Shown in pieces: positions 28,781 to 38,262 of a DNA stretch of 64,000 nt (position 1 is its first letter; each line of letters opens with the position of its first letter). The translations under genes and the position numbers were made by a program. The notes under the pieces were generated by a model. That model was not told where the DNA came from. It saw only the letters and a list, made by a program, of their open reading frames with translations, and did no database searches. The stretch covers positions 124,001 to 188,000 of the IMG/VR virus record IMGVR_UViG_3300026512_000002. The stretch is one strand, 5' to 3'.

Positions 28781-30382
28781 ATGATAATAGATATTAATGA
28801 AATTACGAAAATTGTTGATTACAATAACATTAAAGAAGTATATGATCCCATATACTTAAATATGGATATGATGCCTACAGCAGGTGGTGTGTTTTCATAT
28901 GAAATATTTGGTAAATCACCATATGATCGTAAAAATACTTTCGCATATATAAATTTAGGTAAAAAATATATGCAACCAGTGATATATACTATGTTAAAAG
29001 TTATGAAACGTAATATTGTAAAATGTTTAGATTCTACAGGTAAGTTTAATATAATTGATGGTGAAATGGTTAAAGATCCTAATGGTATTAGTGGTGTTGA
29101 TTTTGTATATAAAAATTGGAATAAGTTAAGATTCGAATATGGTGAAAATCCGAGTCCTGTTAAAAAAACTAAAGTTGACCTAATAAATAAAATGACACGA
29201 GATGAAATATTTACAGATAAGTGGTTGGTGATACCACCCTTCTATAGAGATTTAAACATGTCTGATGTTGCTAGTGGTAAATTATTCATAGATGATTTAA
29301 ATAAATATTACATAAAATTAATAAACCTAACACGTAATAATATCAACAACGCTACTATGGATTTGGATTTTGTATCTAATAAAGTTGATGCGTTAATCAA
29401 TGCACAATTACTTATAATATACCAATATTTTCAAGGTAAATTGGCGAAAAAGAAGGGTATTATAAAAGATAAACTTCTTAAAAAGGTTATTGATTATTCT
29501 AGTAGAGGTATTTTATCAGTAGCATCTAAGACTCATAACAAGCCAACGGATGTACCTGTCACATATGATACTACAGGATTACCATTACCACATGTAATAT
29601 CATTATATTTTCCCATATTAGTTTCATTAATACATGATGTTATACACGCTTATATCAAATCACATGTACATAAAATGTATGTTCTTAATTCTAAAAATGA
29701 ACTAGTGTCAAGAGATATATCAAATGATGAAATAATAAACATCGAAAACAATTACACTCACGATAAAATAGAATTGGTTCTTAAAAAACTTATTAGGGAT
29801 CATGATTTTAGGTTGAGCTATATAGAATTTAAGTATAATAAAAAAGATGTAGCATATCTAGCATATGATTTTAAAAACGACATTCTACCGGAGGAATCCC
29901 TAGTGAATGTTCAAGGAAAACCAATTAGACTTACATGGTTAGAATTATTATCAAAAGTTGCTCACGCTAACCTACTTCCTGGTAAAATGATAGTGTTGAC
30001 CAGATATCCTATGGAACATTTTCACAACATCCTATTTAGTAGAGTTAGAATGTTAACTGTTGATAATATAACTAATTTTGCAGGTTGTTTAACATTTCCA
30101 ATATTGGTGCGTGAAAAAGATGGTACAATAAATAAACACAATGTACAACATATGGATACTATACAAGTTGCATCTGCTTACTTAAAGGATATTGGTGGGG
30201 ACTTTGATGGTGACTCAGTTAGCGTAAGATCATTATATTCTAAAGAAGCTAATATCGAAGCTGAACAATTAATGAAAAAGAAAATAGGTATGCTCAATGT
30301 TGATGGTTCTGGTGCTAGACATGTTATAAACGAAGGTGTTCTAGGACTATATCTTTTAACTAAACGACAACCTAAAAAATAA
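28781..30382 (+). CDS. RNA polymerase beta' subunit, N-terminal/catalytic part (probable virion RNAP)
   Basis: GVFSYEIFG, LVIPPFYRD, DLNKYY, KKGII...LLKKVIDYSSRGIL, VLTRYP, catalytic GGDFDGD, EA..EA..LM and VLGLYLLT. Confidence 0.95.
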   Translation: MIIDINEITKIVDYNNIKEVYDPIYLNMDMMPTAGGVFSYEIFGKSPYDRKNTFAYINLGKKYMQPVIYTMLKVMKRNIVKCLDSTGKFNIIDGEMVKDPNGISGVDFVYKNWNKLRFEYGENPSPVKKTKVDLINKMTRDEIFTDKWLVIPPFYRDLNMSDVASGKLFIDDLNKYYIKLINLTRNNINNATMDLDFVSNKVDALINAQLLIIYQYFQGKLAKKKGIIKDKLLKKVIDYSSRGILSVASKTHNKPTDVPVTYDTTGLPLPHVISLYFPILVSLIHDVIHAYIKSHVHKMYVLNSKNELVSRDISNDEIINIENNYTHDKIELVLKKLIRDHDFRLSYIEFKYNKKDVAYLAYDFKNDILPEESLVNVQGKPIRLTWLELLSKVAHANLLPGKMIVLTRYPMEHFHNILFSRVRMLTVDNITNFAGCLTFPILVREKDGTINKHNVQHMDTIQVASAYLKDIGGDFDGDSVSVRSLYSKEANIEAEQLMKKKIGMLNVDGSGARHVINEGVLGLYLLTKRQPKK

Positions 30383-30494
30383 ACCCACCTAAAAAACTAA
30401 TATCATTTCAAATACAAATTAATATAACGTACATGTATATAGTATAATTCATATCAAATATATGCCATGATTAATAAAAAAAACATAATAAATA

Positions 30495-30530
30495 TTTACA
30501 AACCATATTATAAATATTATAATATGGTTT
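30495..30530 (+). promoter_or_regulatory. sigma70-like promoter overlapped by a 14-bp perfect inverted repeat
   Basis: TTTACA-N17-TATAAT (30495-30523); AAACCATATTATAA-ata-TTATAATATGGTTT (30500-30530). Confidence 0.6.
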
Positions 30531-30547
30531 TTTAAAGGAGGGTTAAT

Positions 30548-33205
30548 ATGCGTATTAGGAAATTAGTATTAGAAAACTTTATCGGCTTATCCAAACTAGA
30601 TAACAATAGATTTGAACTCAATTTTTATGAAAAAGGTGAGACTAGTAATAGATTGATTTTATTTAAAGGCGATAATGGTTCTGGTAAAACAACAGCTATG
30701 TCCCATGCTCAACCTTTTCCACATTCTAATGATGGTAGAGGTAATCCTATAATTGAGGGTGAAGATGGGTATAAGCAAGTTATTATTGATAATGATGAAA
30801 ATGAATATGATTGTAGAATATATTATAAAAAAGGTAAAAGAGGTACAACAAAATGTTATGTGTCTAAAAATGGTATTGAATTAAACGAACCAGGGCATGT
30901 AAAATCTTACTATAGTATATTGGAACAAGAACTTGGTCTAACTAAAGATTATTTTAAATTAGGAGCAATTGGTTCAACAGTAGATAATTTCATAACATTA
31001 TCTAAAGCTGAGCGCAAAACATATATTAGTAAATTGTTACCTGATATAAGTAAATATATGAAAGCTTTTACTATAGTTAGTAGTAGATATAAAGTACTGA
31101 AATCTAAAATAGATATGTATACGAATATGTTGAACGATATACCCGATAATGATACTATACTTGAACATATTGATACTATCGAAGGTTCAATAAAAACATA
31201 TAGTGAAAATAGGGATAGTATTGTAACTAAATTAAGTAAACTTAATGATAGTTATAAATCGGTTGATTCTAAGTTAAATGATATCAAGCTTAATAAACCT
31301 GAAGTTTTAAAAGTGCCTAAAGATATAGATATGAGAATGGGAATATTAAACGAAGATTTGGATAATTTGAATGATATAATAGGAGATATTAATAGGGAAA
31401 CATGTGTCGCAAATATAGATAGTGTGACAAAAAATGGTAAAATTATTAAAAAACAATTAGAATTATTAAATATTCAACTAATAGATTATAATGATAAAAT
31501 GGACTCTACTAAAGCCAAAATATCTGAATTAAATGGAGAAGATAGCGATATAGATCAAAGGATAGTAGAAATTGAAAAAGAAATATCTAGTATAAAATCT
31601 GATATAGATTATGACTCTGAATTAACCCAGTCATTGTTACAATATACTGATAATTTGAATGAATTAATTAATGTTTTCAAATATATTAAGAAAATATTGA
31701 AATTTAAAAATAATAACTTATCACATGGTTTGGGTATATATGATGATAAAACAGTGGATAAACATATTAAGAATATTGAAGATTCTATCAATGAGGTAGT
31801 TAAAACTATTGAAAAAAGAAATAAACGATATAGTGAAATAGATAGCAACTTTGGCAATATTGAATTATTGGATAGTAGACCAACTGATTGTGTTATAGAT
31901 ACATGTCCTTTCATCAAAAATGCTATACATGTTATTGATAAATATGACCTTAAAAATGGTAAAACTGAACTTGAAGAAATTAAAGAAAAATTGATAGATG
32001 ATAAAAATAGTCTTGATGAATTAAACAAAGAGTTATTGTCTTTAAAAACAATTAAATTTAATATAAATAACTTTAATCAATTAATTGAAGACTTAAGTAA
32101 CTCTGATAGCGATATAGTATCATTTGTACTTAATATACTTAATATTGAAAAAGAAAATATTATTAAAATAAGTTCGTTAGATATTAACAACATTACTGTG
32201 TTTATTGATGATGTTTTAGCTAAGACTAATTATATTAAAACATATGTGAAATTATCCAATAAATTAGATTCACTGATAATCATTAAAAACAAAAATTCTG
32301 ATAATACTGAGCTATTGAACCATTTAAACACTACTCTAGTGGAATATAAAACACAACATAAGAACATCAAAACTAGTATAAATAGTTACAATCTTAATAT
32401 TAATGAATTAAGAAGCGAATTGATTAAATATAAAAATGTTTTAAGTAATCTGGATAAACGCGATGAGTTGATAATTAGTAAAGATAAGTATATTGATATT
32501 AAAGAAACTTTTGATTTATATAAATTACTTAAAGATGAGTATAACTCAATTAAGAACGATATATATACTTTTGAAACTGAATTGAATAATATAAATAATA
32601 AATTACATTCATTAAATTCTAAGTTAACCAAGTATAAAATAATGCTTGATAAAAAAAATAGTTATACAGATACTAAAAATGAACTTGAGAAAAATTATAC
32701 AAAAATTAAAATAGTTAAAGATTCTCTTGATATTAAGAAAGGAATACCTCTTGTATATACTCGTTCATATTTAGAATCTATTAGAGTTAATATTAATAAG
32801 TTATTGGATATAGTTTATGATGGTATGGTTATTGATTTCAATGTTACAGAAAAAGAATTTGATATAGTTTTGCGTAATGCTGAATTAAATAGATCGTTTG
32901 ACATATTATCTGATGGTGAAAAAGCGATTATTAAATTAACTGTATCTATGGGTATGTTAGCTGAAATAATAAAGAAAAATAAGTATAAAATAATGTACTT
33001 AGATGAGGTTGATGCTACACTTGATAGTGGTAAACGAAGAATATTTTTAGACATTCTAAACGCTCAATGTGATCTATTGGGAATAGATCAAGTTTTTATC
33101 ATATCTCATAATGATGCTCTTGACAATATAAACAGTGATATTGTATTATTAAGTAATAGACCAGATGAGTATGTTATTAATGGTAAAATACTTTATTCTG
33201 TTTAA
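30548..33205 (+). CDS. SbcC/Rad50-like SMC ATPase (recombination nuclease subunit)
   Basis: GDNGSGKTT, long coiled coils, central hook-like CVIDTCPF, signature LSDGEK, Walker B YLDEVD and IISHN. Confidence 0.93.
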   Translation: MRIRKLVLENFIGLSKLDNNRFELNFYEKGETSNRLILFKGDNGSGKTTAMSHAQPFPHSNDGRGNPIIEGEDGYKQVIIDNDENEYDCRIYYKKGKRGTTKCYVSKNGIELNEPGHVKSYYSILEQELGLTKDYFKLGAIGSTVDNFITLSKAERKTYISKLLPDISKYMKAFTIVSSRYKVLKSKIDMYTNMLNDIPDNDTILEHIDTIEGSIKTYSENRDSIVTKLSKLNDSYKSVDSKLNDIKLNKPEVLKVPKDIDMRMGILNEDLDNLNDIIGDINRETCVANIDSVTKNGKIIKKQLELLNIQLIDYNDKMDSTKAKISELNGEDSDIDQRIVEIEKEISSIKSDIDYDSELTQSLLQYTDNLNELINVFKYIKKILKFKNNNLSHGLGIYDDKTVDKHIKNIEDSINEVVKTIEKRNKRYSEIDSNFGNIELLDSRPTDCVIDTCPFIKNAIHVIDKYDLKNGKTELEEIKEKLIDDKNSLDELNKELLSLKTIKFNINNFNQLIEDLSNSDSDIVSFVLNILNIEKENIIKISSLDINNITVFIDDVLAKTNYIKTYVKLSNKLDSLIIIKNKNSDNTELLNHLNTTLVEYKTQHKNIKTSINSYNLNINELRSELIKYKNVLSNLDKRDELIISKDKYIDIKETFDLYKLLKDEYNSIKNDIYTFETELNNINNKLHSLNSKLTKYKIMLDKKNSYTDTKNELEKNYTKIKIVKDSLDIKKGIPLVYTRSYLESIRVNINKLLDIVYDGMVIDFNVTEKEFDIVLRNAELNRSFDILSDGEKAIIKLTVSMGMLAEIIKKNKYKIMYLDEVDATLDSGKRRIFLDILNAQCDLLGIDQVFIISHNDALDNINSDIVLLSNRPDEYVINGKILYSV

Positions 33206-33215
33206 GTTCAATTAC

Positions 33216-33246
33216 GAGCCGTTATAATTGATAGCGGCTCTTTTTT
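33216..33246 (+). terminator. Rho-independent terminator
   Basis: GAGCCGTTAT-aattg-ATAGCGGCTC followed by T6. Confidence 0.85.
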
Positions 33247-33260
33247 ATAGGAATTAAATT

Positions 33261-33671
33261 ATGCATAGTATTAAAAAGAGTATATTACAGTCGCGTAAAC
33301 AAATTATGACTGCAAGAAAAAATATGAAAAGTATAATTGATGTTACCGGGTATAATGCTAGTGAAATATTGTTAAGTTATAAAAACACATTTAATAAAAC
33401 TGATACAACTAATTACGCATACGCATATATCATGTCTTTTACAAAAGGTGTTGTAGCATATAAAAATATTAATATGGAACATGTTACTAAAGAAATAATA
33501 TCAACAATATTTGATATCGATTTTATTATAAATTTTATTATAGATAACAAAATATTTGAACCAAAGGCACCTATACCACTCAACATATATGATATGTATT
33601 ATAGAGAGCTAGAGCTCAAACAGGGATTGGTTATTGAGAATGGTGATGTTATATTTGTTAATGTTAGTTAA
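33261..33671 (+). CDS. Hypothetical protein
   Basis: ORF with AGGA RBS. Confidence 0.55.
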   Translation: MHSIKKSILQSRKQIMTARKNMKSIIDVTGYNASEILLSYKNTFNKTDTTNYAYAYIMSFTKGVVAYKNINMEHVTKEIISTIFDIDFIINFIIDNKIFEPKAPIPLNIYDMYYRELELKQGLVIENGDVIFVNVS

Positions 33672-33682
33672 TAGGAGGGTTG

Positions 33683-35353
33683 ATGAAATCTAAAGTTATT
33701 ATACATCCTAATAGGATCGAAATACAAAATTATGATATGTTTGAAAATACCGATAGTTTGGTTAAACTAACATCTGTATTTGATCATATATATCACAATT
33801 TAAAGAACACACTAATGGTTTATGAAGATAATAATACTGTAATCATACCTAGGTATTTTTCAAAAAACAAATTAGCACCAGTAATTGAGAAATGTGATAT
33901 TGAGTACAATAATGATTTTATGCCACATGTTGTTGGTATAGATTATAAGTGGAAACATAATATCAAACCTCGTGATGACGAACAGTGGAGAATAACAAAC
34001 TTCTTGAGAAAGGCTAAATATAATAATAATGTTTTAAATCTACATACTGGGGCTGGTAAAACTTTTCTATCGTTATATTATGCAAAATACTTAGGTGTTA
34101 AAAGTGTCATAATTGTTGATAGTCAAAAATTAGTAGATCAATGGTTGCGTGATATAAAAACATATACTAATTTGAAATATGATCAATGTGTATACATTAA
34201 ACAAAAAAAAGGTGTGCAAAAGGTGATAGATGATGATCAAACTAATGTAGTATTGTATATATTACAACATGCGACAATACGAAATGTTATGAAAAAGGAT
34301 AGAAATATAGCTATAAAACTTTTTAATAAAATGGGTGTTGGTTTAAAAATTATTGACGAAGCTCATACTAATTATATTAATACCTTTAAAATAGATTCAT
34401 TGGTTGATATTAAATACAACTTATATTTAACAGCAACTATTAGTCGTAGCGATTATATAGAAGCATATATGTTAAAAAATGTGCTACCTCGTTCAACATT
34501 TATAGATAAGGAAAACACTATTAATAAAAATATTGTTTTCTATTTAGGTGTATATAATACATATCCTGATGAATATATTGATAAAAAAATATCTGATGGT
34601 AAAAAATATGGTTTCGATTTAAATGGTTGGAGCAATTATATATATAGTGATATTAATAATTGGGAGACATATTTAACTACTATTGAAAAAATGTTAAAAA
34701 TGATTATTAAAAAAACAAACCGAAAAATAGCAATAGCTATACCTAGAATCAATATGATTAATGATACATTGGAATATTTAAAAAGTTTAGAAGTTTTTAA
34801 ACATAAAACATTTACATGTTTACATAGCAAATGTAAACATATGGATATTACTGGTTCTGATATAATTATAGGTACTAATAAGATATTGGGTAAAGGTATG
34901 GATATTGAGAATTTGGGAGCGATGTTAAATATGGGACCATATACATCAGATCCCAATATTGCCAACCAAATAAGTGGGAGACTGAGGCCTCTGCCTAATG
35001 GTGAACTTAGCTATTATATTGAGATGGTTGATATTGGATTTTCAAAATCTTTAAAACAACGTAAAGCTAGGTTAAAAGGTTTTAAAGATAAAGCTGTTAA
35101 AATAATTGTAGCAACAGAACCATTGTCTGATACAAAACTCACTAAATGTGATATCGATAACTGTCAAGGTTATGATTCAAAAAAAGATAAATTATATCGT
35201 ATCAATAGTGAGGTTGATAATGTTCTTAAAAGTGTTATAGGTGATAACGCCCGCAATATATGTAGTGTATGTTTTGATAAACTGGTACGAGATGATGTTG
35301 TTTTAGATAGTTTGGTACAAATTGAAAAAGATGTTGTTAAATTACGAAATTAA
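33683..35353 (+). CDS. Superfamily 2 helicase (UvsW-like)
   Basis: PRDDEQ, LHTGAGKT, IIDEAH, TAT, GKGMDI and QISGRLR; Cys cluster at the C-terminus. Confidence 0.9.
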   Translation: MKSKVIIHPNRIEIQNYDMFENTDSLVKLTSVFDHIYHNLKNTLMVYEDNNTVIIPRYFSKNKLAPVIEKCDIEYNNDFMPHVVGIDYKWKHNIKPRDDEQWRITNFLRKAKYNNNVLNLHTGAGKTFLSLYYAKYLGVKSVIIVDSQKLVDQWLRDIKTYTNLKYDQCVYIKQKKGVQKVIDDDQTNVVLYILQHATIRNVMKKDRNIAIKLFNKMGVGLKIIDEAHTNYINTFKIDSLVDIKYNLYLTATISRSDYIEAYMLKNVLPRSTFIDKENTINKNIVFYLGVYNTYPDEYIDKKISDGKKYGFDLNGWSNYIYSDINNWETYLTTIEKMLKMIIKKTNRKIAIAIPRINMINDTLEYLKSLEVFKHKTFTCLHSKCKHMDITGSDIIIGTNKILGKGMDIENLGAMLNMGPYTSDPNIANQISGRLRPLPNGELSYYIEMVDIGFSKSLKQRKARLKGFKDKAVKIIVATEPLSDTKLTKCDIDNCQGYDSKKDKLYRINSEVDNVLKSVIGDNARNICSVCFDKLVRDDVVLDSLVQIEKDVVKLRN

Positions 35354-35368
35354 CCATAAGGAGTCGTA

Positions 35369-35926
35369 ATGATAGATAAGAAAAGTACTAATAGTATTAA
35401 ACGAAGTGTGTTTATTATAGGAACTTTTAAAGTAGCTATAAGGGTTAGTTTTAATAACAGACCTGATGATTATGATTTAGGTTTAAGCCGATACAAGTAT
35501 AACCATCATAAAACAGGAATTGTAACATCAACACTAATGCTAACACATTTTACTAATCTTGAAATCACTATAGATAAGGATGTTAGGTTTGTATTTGATA
35601 TGATTGGTATGGAAGTATTAATAGCAGTTATAAATAAAATGTATAATGATGCTGCTGAACATTTTAAAATTGTTGATAATATATTAATGGTTCGTAATAA
35701 TTTAAATAAAAGTATGTCAACATATGCTGGATTTCAAGAAAAAATGGTTATAGAATACACTGTTTATGAAAACAGTAAAGGTGTTAAAATATATAGTTCT
35801 ACTAACAACAGAGTTTACGCTTTACTTAAAATCCACCAACTTAAAATAATTTCAAATATTTTAACTAAACTAGATATTGAGAATATTGGTATAAACATGA
35901 TTAATAATATATTGATCAGGAATTAA
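35369..35926 (+). CDS. Hypothetical protein
   Basis: AAGGAG RBS; followed by a terminator. Confidence 0.6.
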   Translation: MIDKKSTNSIKRSVFIIGTFKVAIRVSFNNRPDDYDLGLSRYKYNHHKTGIVTSTLMLTHFTNLEITIDKDVRFVFDMIGMEVLIAVINKMYNDAAEHFKIVDNILMVRNNLNKSMSTYAGFQEKMVIEYTVYENSKGVKIYSSTNNRVYALLKIHQLKIISNILTKLDIENIGINMINNILIRN

Positions 35927-35938
35927 CTAGTTAACTAT

Positions 35939-35969
35939 AACAGGGTAAACTCTACCCTGTTTTTTTTTT
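35939..35969 (+). terminator. Rho-independent terminator
   Basis: AACAGGGTA-aactc-TACCCTGTT followed by poly-T. Confidence 0.85.
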
Positions 35970-36013
35970 CTTGTTTATTAATATTAGATATGTTAATATA
36001 GGGTATATTTTAT

Positions 36014-36508
36014 ATGAGGTATTTAATGGTCGTTGATATTTTTGATAGAGAAATTGAAGTTCCTGAAGAATTTTACACAGATATTATTGATAAATTTAAA
36101 GTTAAAGAAATGTTTACAAAACCCGATCCATCGGAAATTAAACAAGTTGTTAATGATAAAATTGTAAAATATGATATATCTGATGATGATGACGATGATA
36201 TTAAGCTTATCAAATATTTAATAAATATTAATAATATCAGAGTCCAAGATTTTGCAAACCATTTTGGGAATAGTGTGGGATATAATACATATAATTCCCT
36301 TAAACATAGACATACTATACAAACCAATACATTGAGAAGATTAACATGGATGTTGGGTATTAGTAGAATTGTAGGCGCTGTAGACGTCCCAACATCTGAA
36401 GATATATATAAAGGGGCGAAACATGTTATTGTAGTAGATAACAAAACCCTCAATACACTTGATTCGGTTAATGTTAAATATGAAAAAGTTACAACGGTCA
36501 TAGAATAA
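36014..36508 (+). CDS. Possible XRE-like helix-turn-helix protein
   Basis: IKYLININNIRVQDFANHFG...YNSLK..HTI.TNTLRRL..MLGI pattern. Confidence 0.45.
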   Translation: MRYLMVVDIFDREIEVPEEFYTDIIDKFKVKEMFTKPDPSEIKQVVNDKIVKYDISDDDDDDIKLIKYLININNIRVQDFANHFGNSVGYNTYNSLKHRHTIQTNTLRRLTWMLGISRIVGAVDVPTSEDIYKGAKHVIVVDNKTLNTLDSVNVKYEKVTTVIE

Positions 36509-36565
36509 GTTTTAATAAAATCCACATAATAAACTATATACAACTATTATAAAATTAAAAATACA

Positions 36566-36595
36566 TTGACATGTTTCTATATGATATGTTAACAT
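36566..36595 (+). promoter_or_regulatory. sigma70-like promoter upstream of RNAP beta-N
   Basis: TTGACA-N18-TAACAT with TG extension. Confidence 0.55.
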
Positions 36596-36622
36596 TTCAT
36601 CATATTATTTATGAGGGTTATT

Positions 36623-38179
36623 ATGAAACATGTTAACAACATTTACAAACTTATTCAAGACGATGTGTCTAAACGAGAACCGTTTAATAACGATTTTTTA
36701 AAATTAAAAGCTAACGATAACTTATTACAATATATTGACGTTATAGCTGGTACTCTTGAAAAAATTGATGGTATAACATATTTGGGTTCAGAGATACGTC
36801 CTGAAAAAGAAGTTATTGAGAGCAGGAAGTTTAAAAATATAGAAGAATCTAGATTGATATTGATAAATCTTAAATTCAGAATCAGAGGTGTTATAGATCA
36901 GAATAAAGAATATAAAGAAGAAGAATATACTTTACCATTATTTTTCTTTAAATTGATTAATGATAATTATTTTATATACAACGGTGTTAAGTATGTTCCT
37001 ATATATCAAATAGTTGACAAATTCTATAAATTAAACAATGTCTTAGTTCTTAAAACTTTAATGATGGGTGTTTTTTTACGTGGTAATAAAACATCTATAG
37101 AATCAATGACAGGGGCAATATACAATGGTCGTGAATATAAAATACATCTGTTTAAAAAGAAAATACCAACATTGCTTTATTACTTAGCTAAATTTGGAAT
37201 GGCTAAAACATTAGAGTTTTTTGATTTAACAACCGATGATATTAAAATATTACATAGTAAAAATAATGCTGCAGAATACAATGAAGCTTTAATAAATCAA
37301 AATATAGATGTGTTTGAATTGCAAAAAAATACATATTTGTTAGTTAAAAAAGACAGTATAACAGATCAACTTAAAACCGATGTGGTTATATCTCTACACA
37401 CTCTTTTTTCTAAAATGCCTAAATTTAGATATAGTTCTCTTAAATCACCTGACTATTATTTTAAGAAATTCACTAACTCGTTTACAACTAATCCAAATAA
37501 TACTAAAAAAGGTGAAAAAGTTCTAATTTCTTTTGAAAAAATATTTGATGAACAAACAAAATTTGTGTTAAACATAGACGATAAAGACAAAGAAGATGTT
37601 TATCATATTGTAAAATGGATGATGAAAAATTTTAATAAATTGATGAAACAAGACAATATGGATTTAGGTAATAAGAGATTGCGTTTCTATGAATATATGC
37701 TTATACCACTTATAGTTAAATTTAACAGTTCTAACAATAGATTGTTTAATGATAAAGGTACTGTGACATTTAGTCAACTTCAAACTATATTTAAAAGAAT
37801 TAGTCCTAGTTTTTTATTGAAATCAATTATATCTAGTAATAGTTCAACCATATCAGAATTAATACGTTATGATAACACATCGTTCAACAACATTGATCTG
37901 TTTAGTATGCTTAAAGCGTCTATTAAAGGCCCACAATCTATAGCTAGTAAAGGTGCTAGTGGTAGAACGGAAATACCACTAAGATATAGAAACATACATC
38001 CAAGTTACCTAGGTAGAGTTTCTATAACATATGCTCCTAGTAACGATCCAGGTTTAAATTTCATATTAACACCTTTTGTAGAAGTTGATGATAGAATGTA
38101 TTTTAAAAAATTAAGACCTGAATTACAAGAAGAAGTTGATAAACTGTCATCAAATGTAGGTGAAATAATAAATGTATAA
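36623..38179 (+). CDS. RNA polymerase beta subunit, N-terminal part (probable non-virion RNAP)
   Basis: YFIYNGVKYVPIYQ (cf. FIING.ERV...Q), NKRLR, GPQS, and RNIHPSYLGRV....PSNDPGL (cf. RDVHPSHYGR.CP.ETPEG.N.GL). Confidence 0.88.
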   Translation: MKHVNNIYKLIQDDVSKREPFNNDFLKLKANDNLLQYIDVIAGTLEKIDGITYLGSEIRPEKEVIESRKFKNIEESRLILINLKFRIRGVIDQNKEYKEEEYTLPLFFFKLINDNYFIYNGVKYVPIYQIVDKFYKLNNVLVLKTLMMGVFLRGNKTSIESMTGAIYNGREYKIHLFKKKIPTLLYYLAKFGMAKTLEFFDLTTDDIKILHSKNNAAEYNEALINQNIDVFELQKNTYLLVKKDSITDQLKTDVVISLHTLFSKMPKFRYSSLKSPDYYFKKFTNSFTTNPNNTKKGEKVLISFEKIFDEQTKFVLNIDDKDKEDVYHIVKWMMKNFNKLMKQDNMDLGNKRLRFYEYMLIPLIVKFNSSNNRLFNDKGTVTFSQLQTIFKRISPSFLLKSIISSNSSTISELIRYDNTSFNNIDLFSMLKASIKGPQSIASKGASGRTEIPLRYRNIHPSYLGRVSITYAPSNDPGLNFILTPFVEVDDRMYFKKLRPELQEEVDKLSSNVGEIINV

Positions 38180-38262
38180 AAAATATATATAAACAATCAC
38201 ATCTCATACCCTACTCTGTTTTTTGTAAAACAACTATATAATATTTATAATCAAGGAATTGT

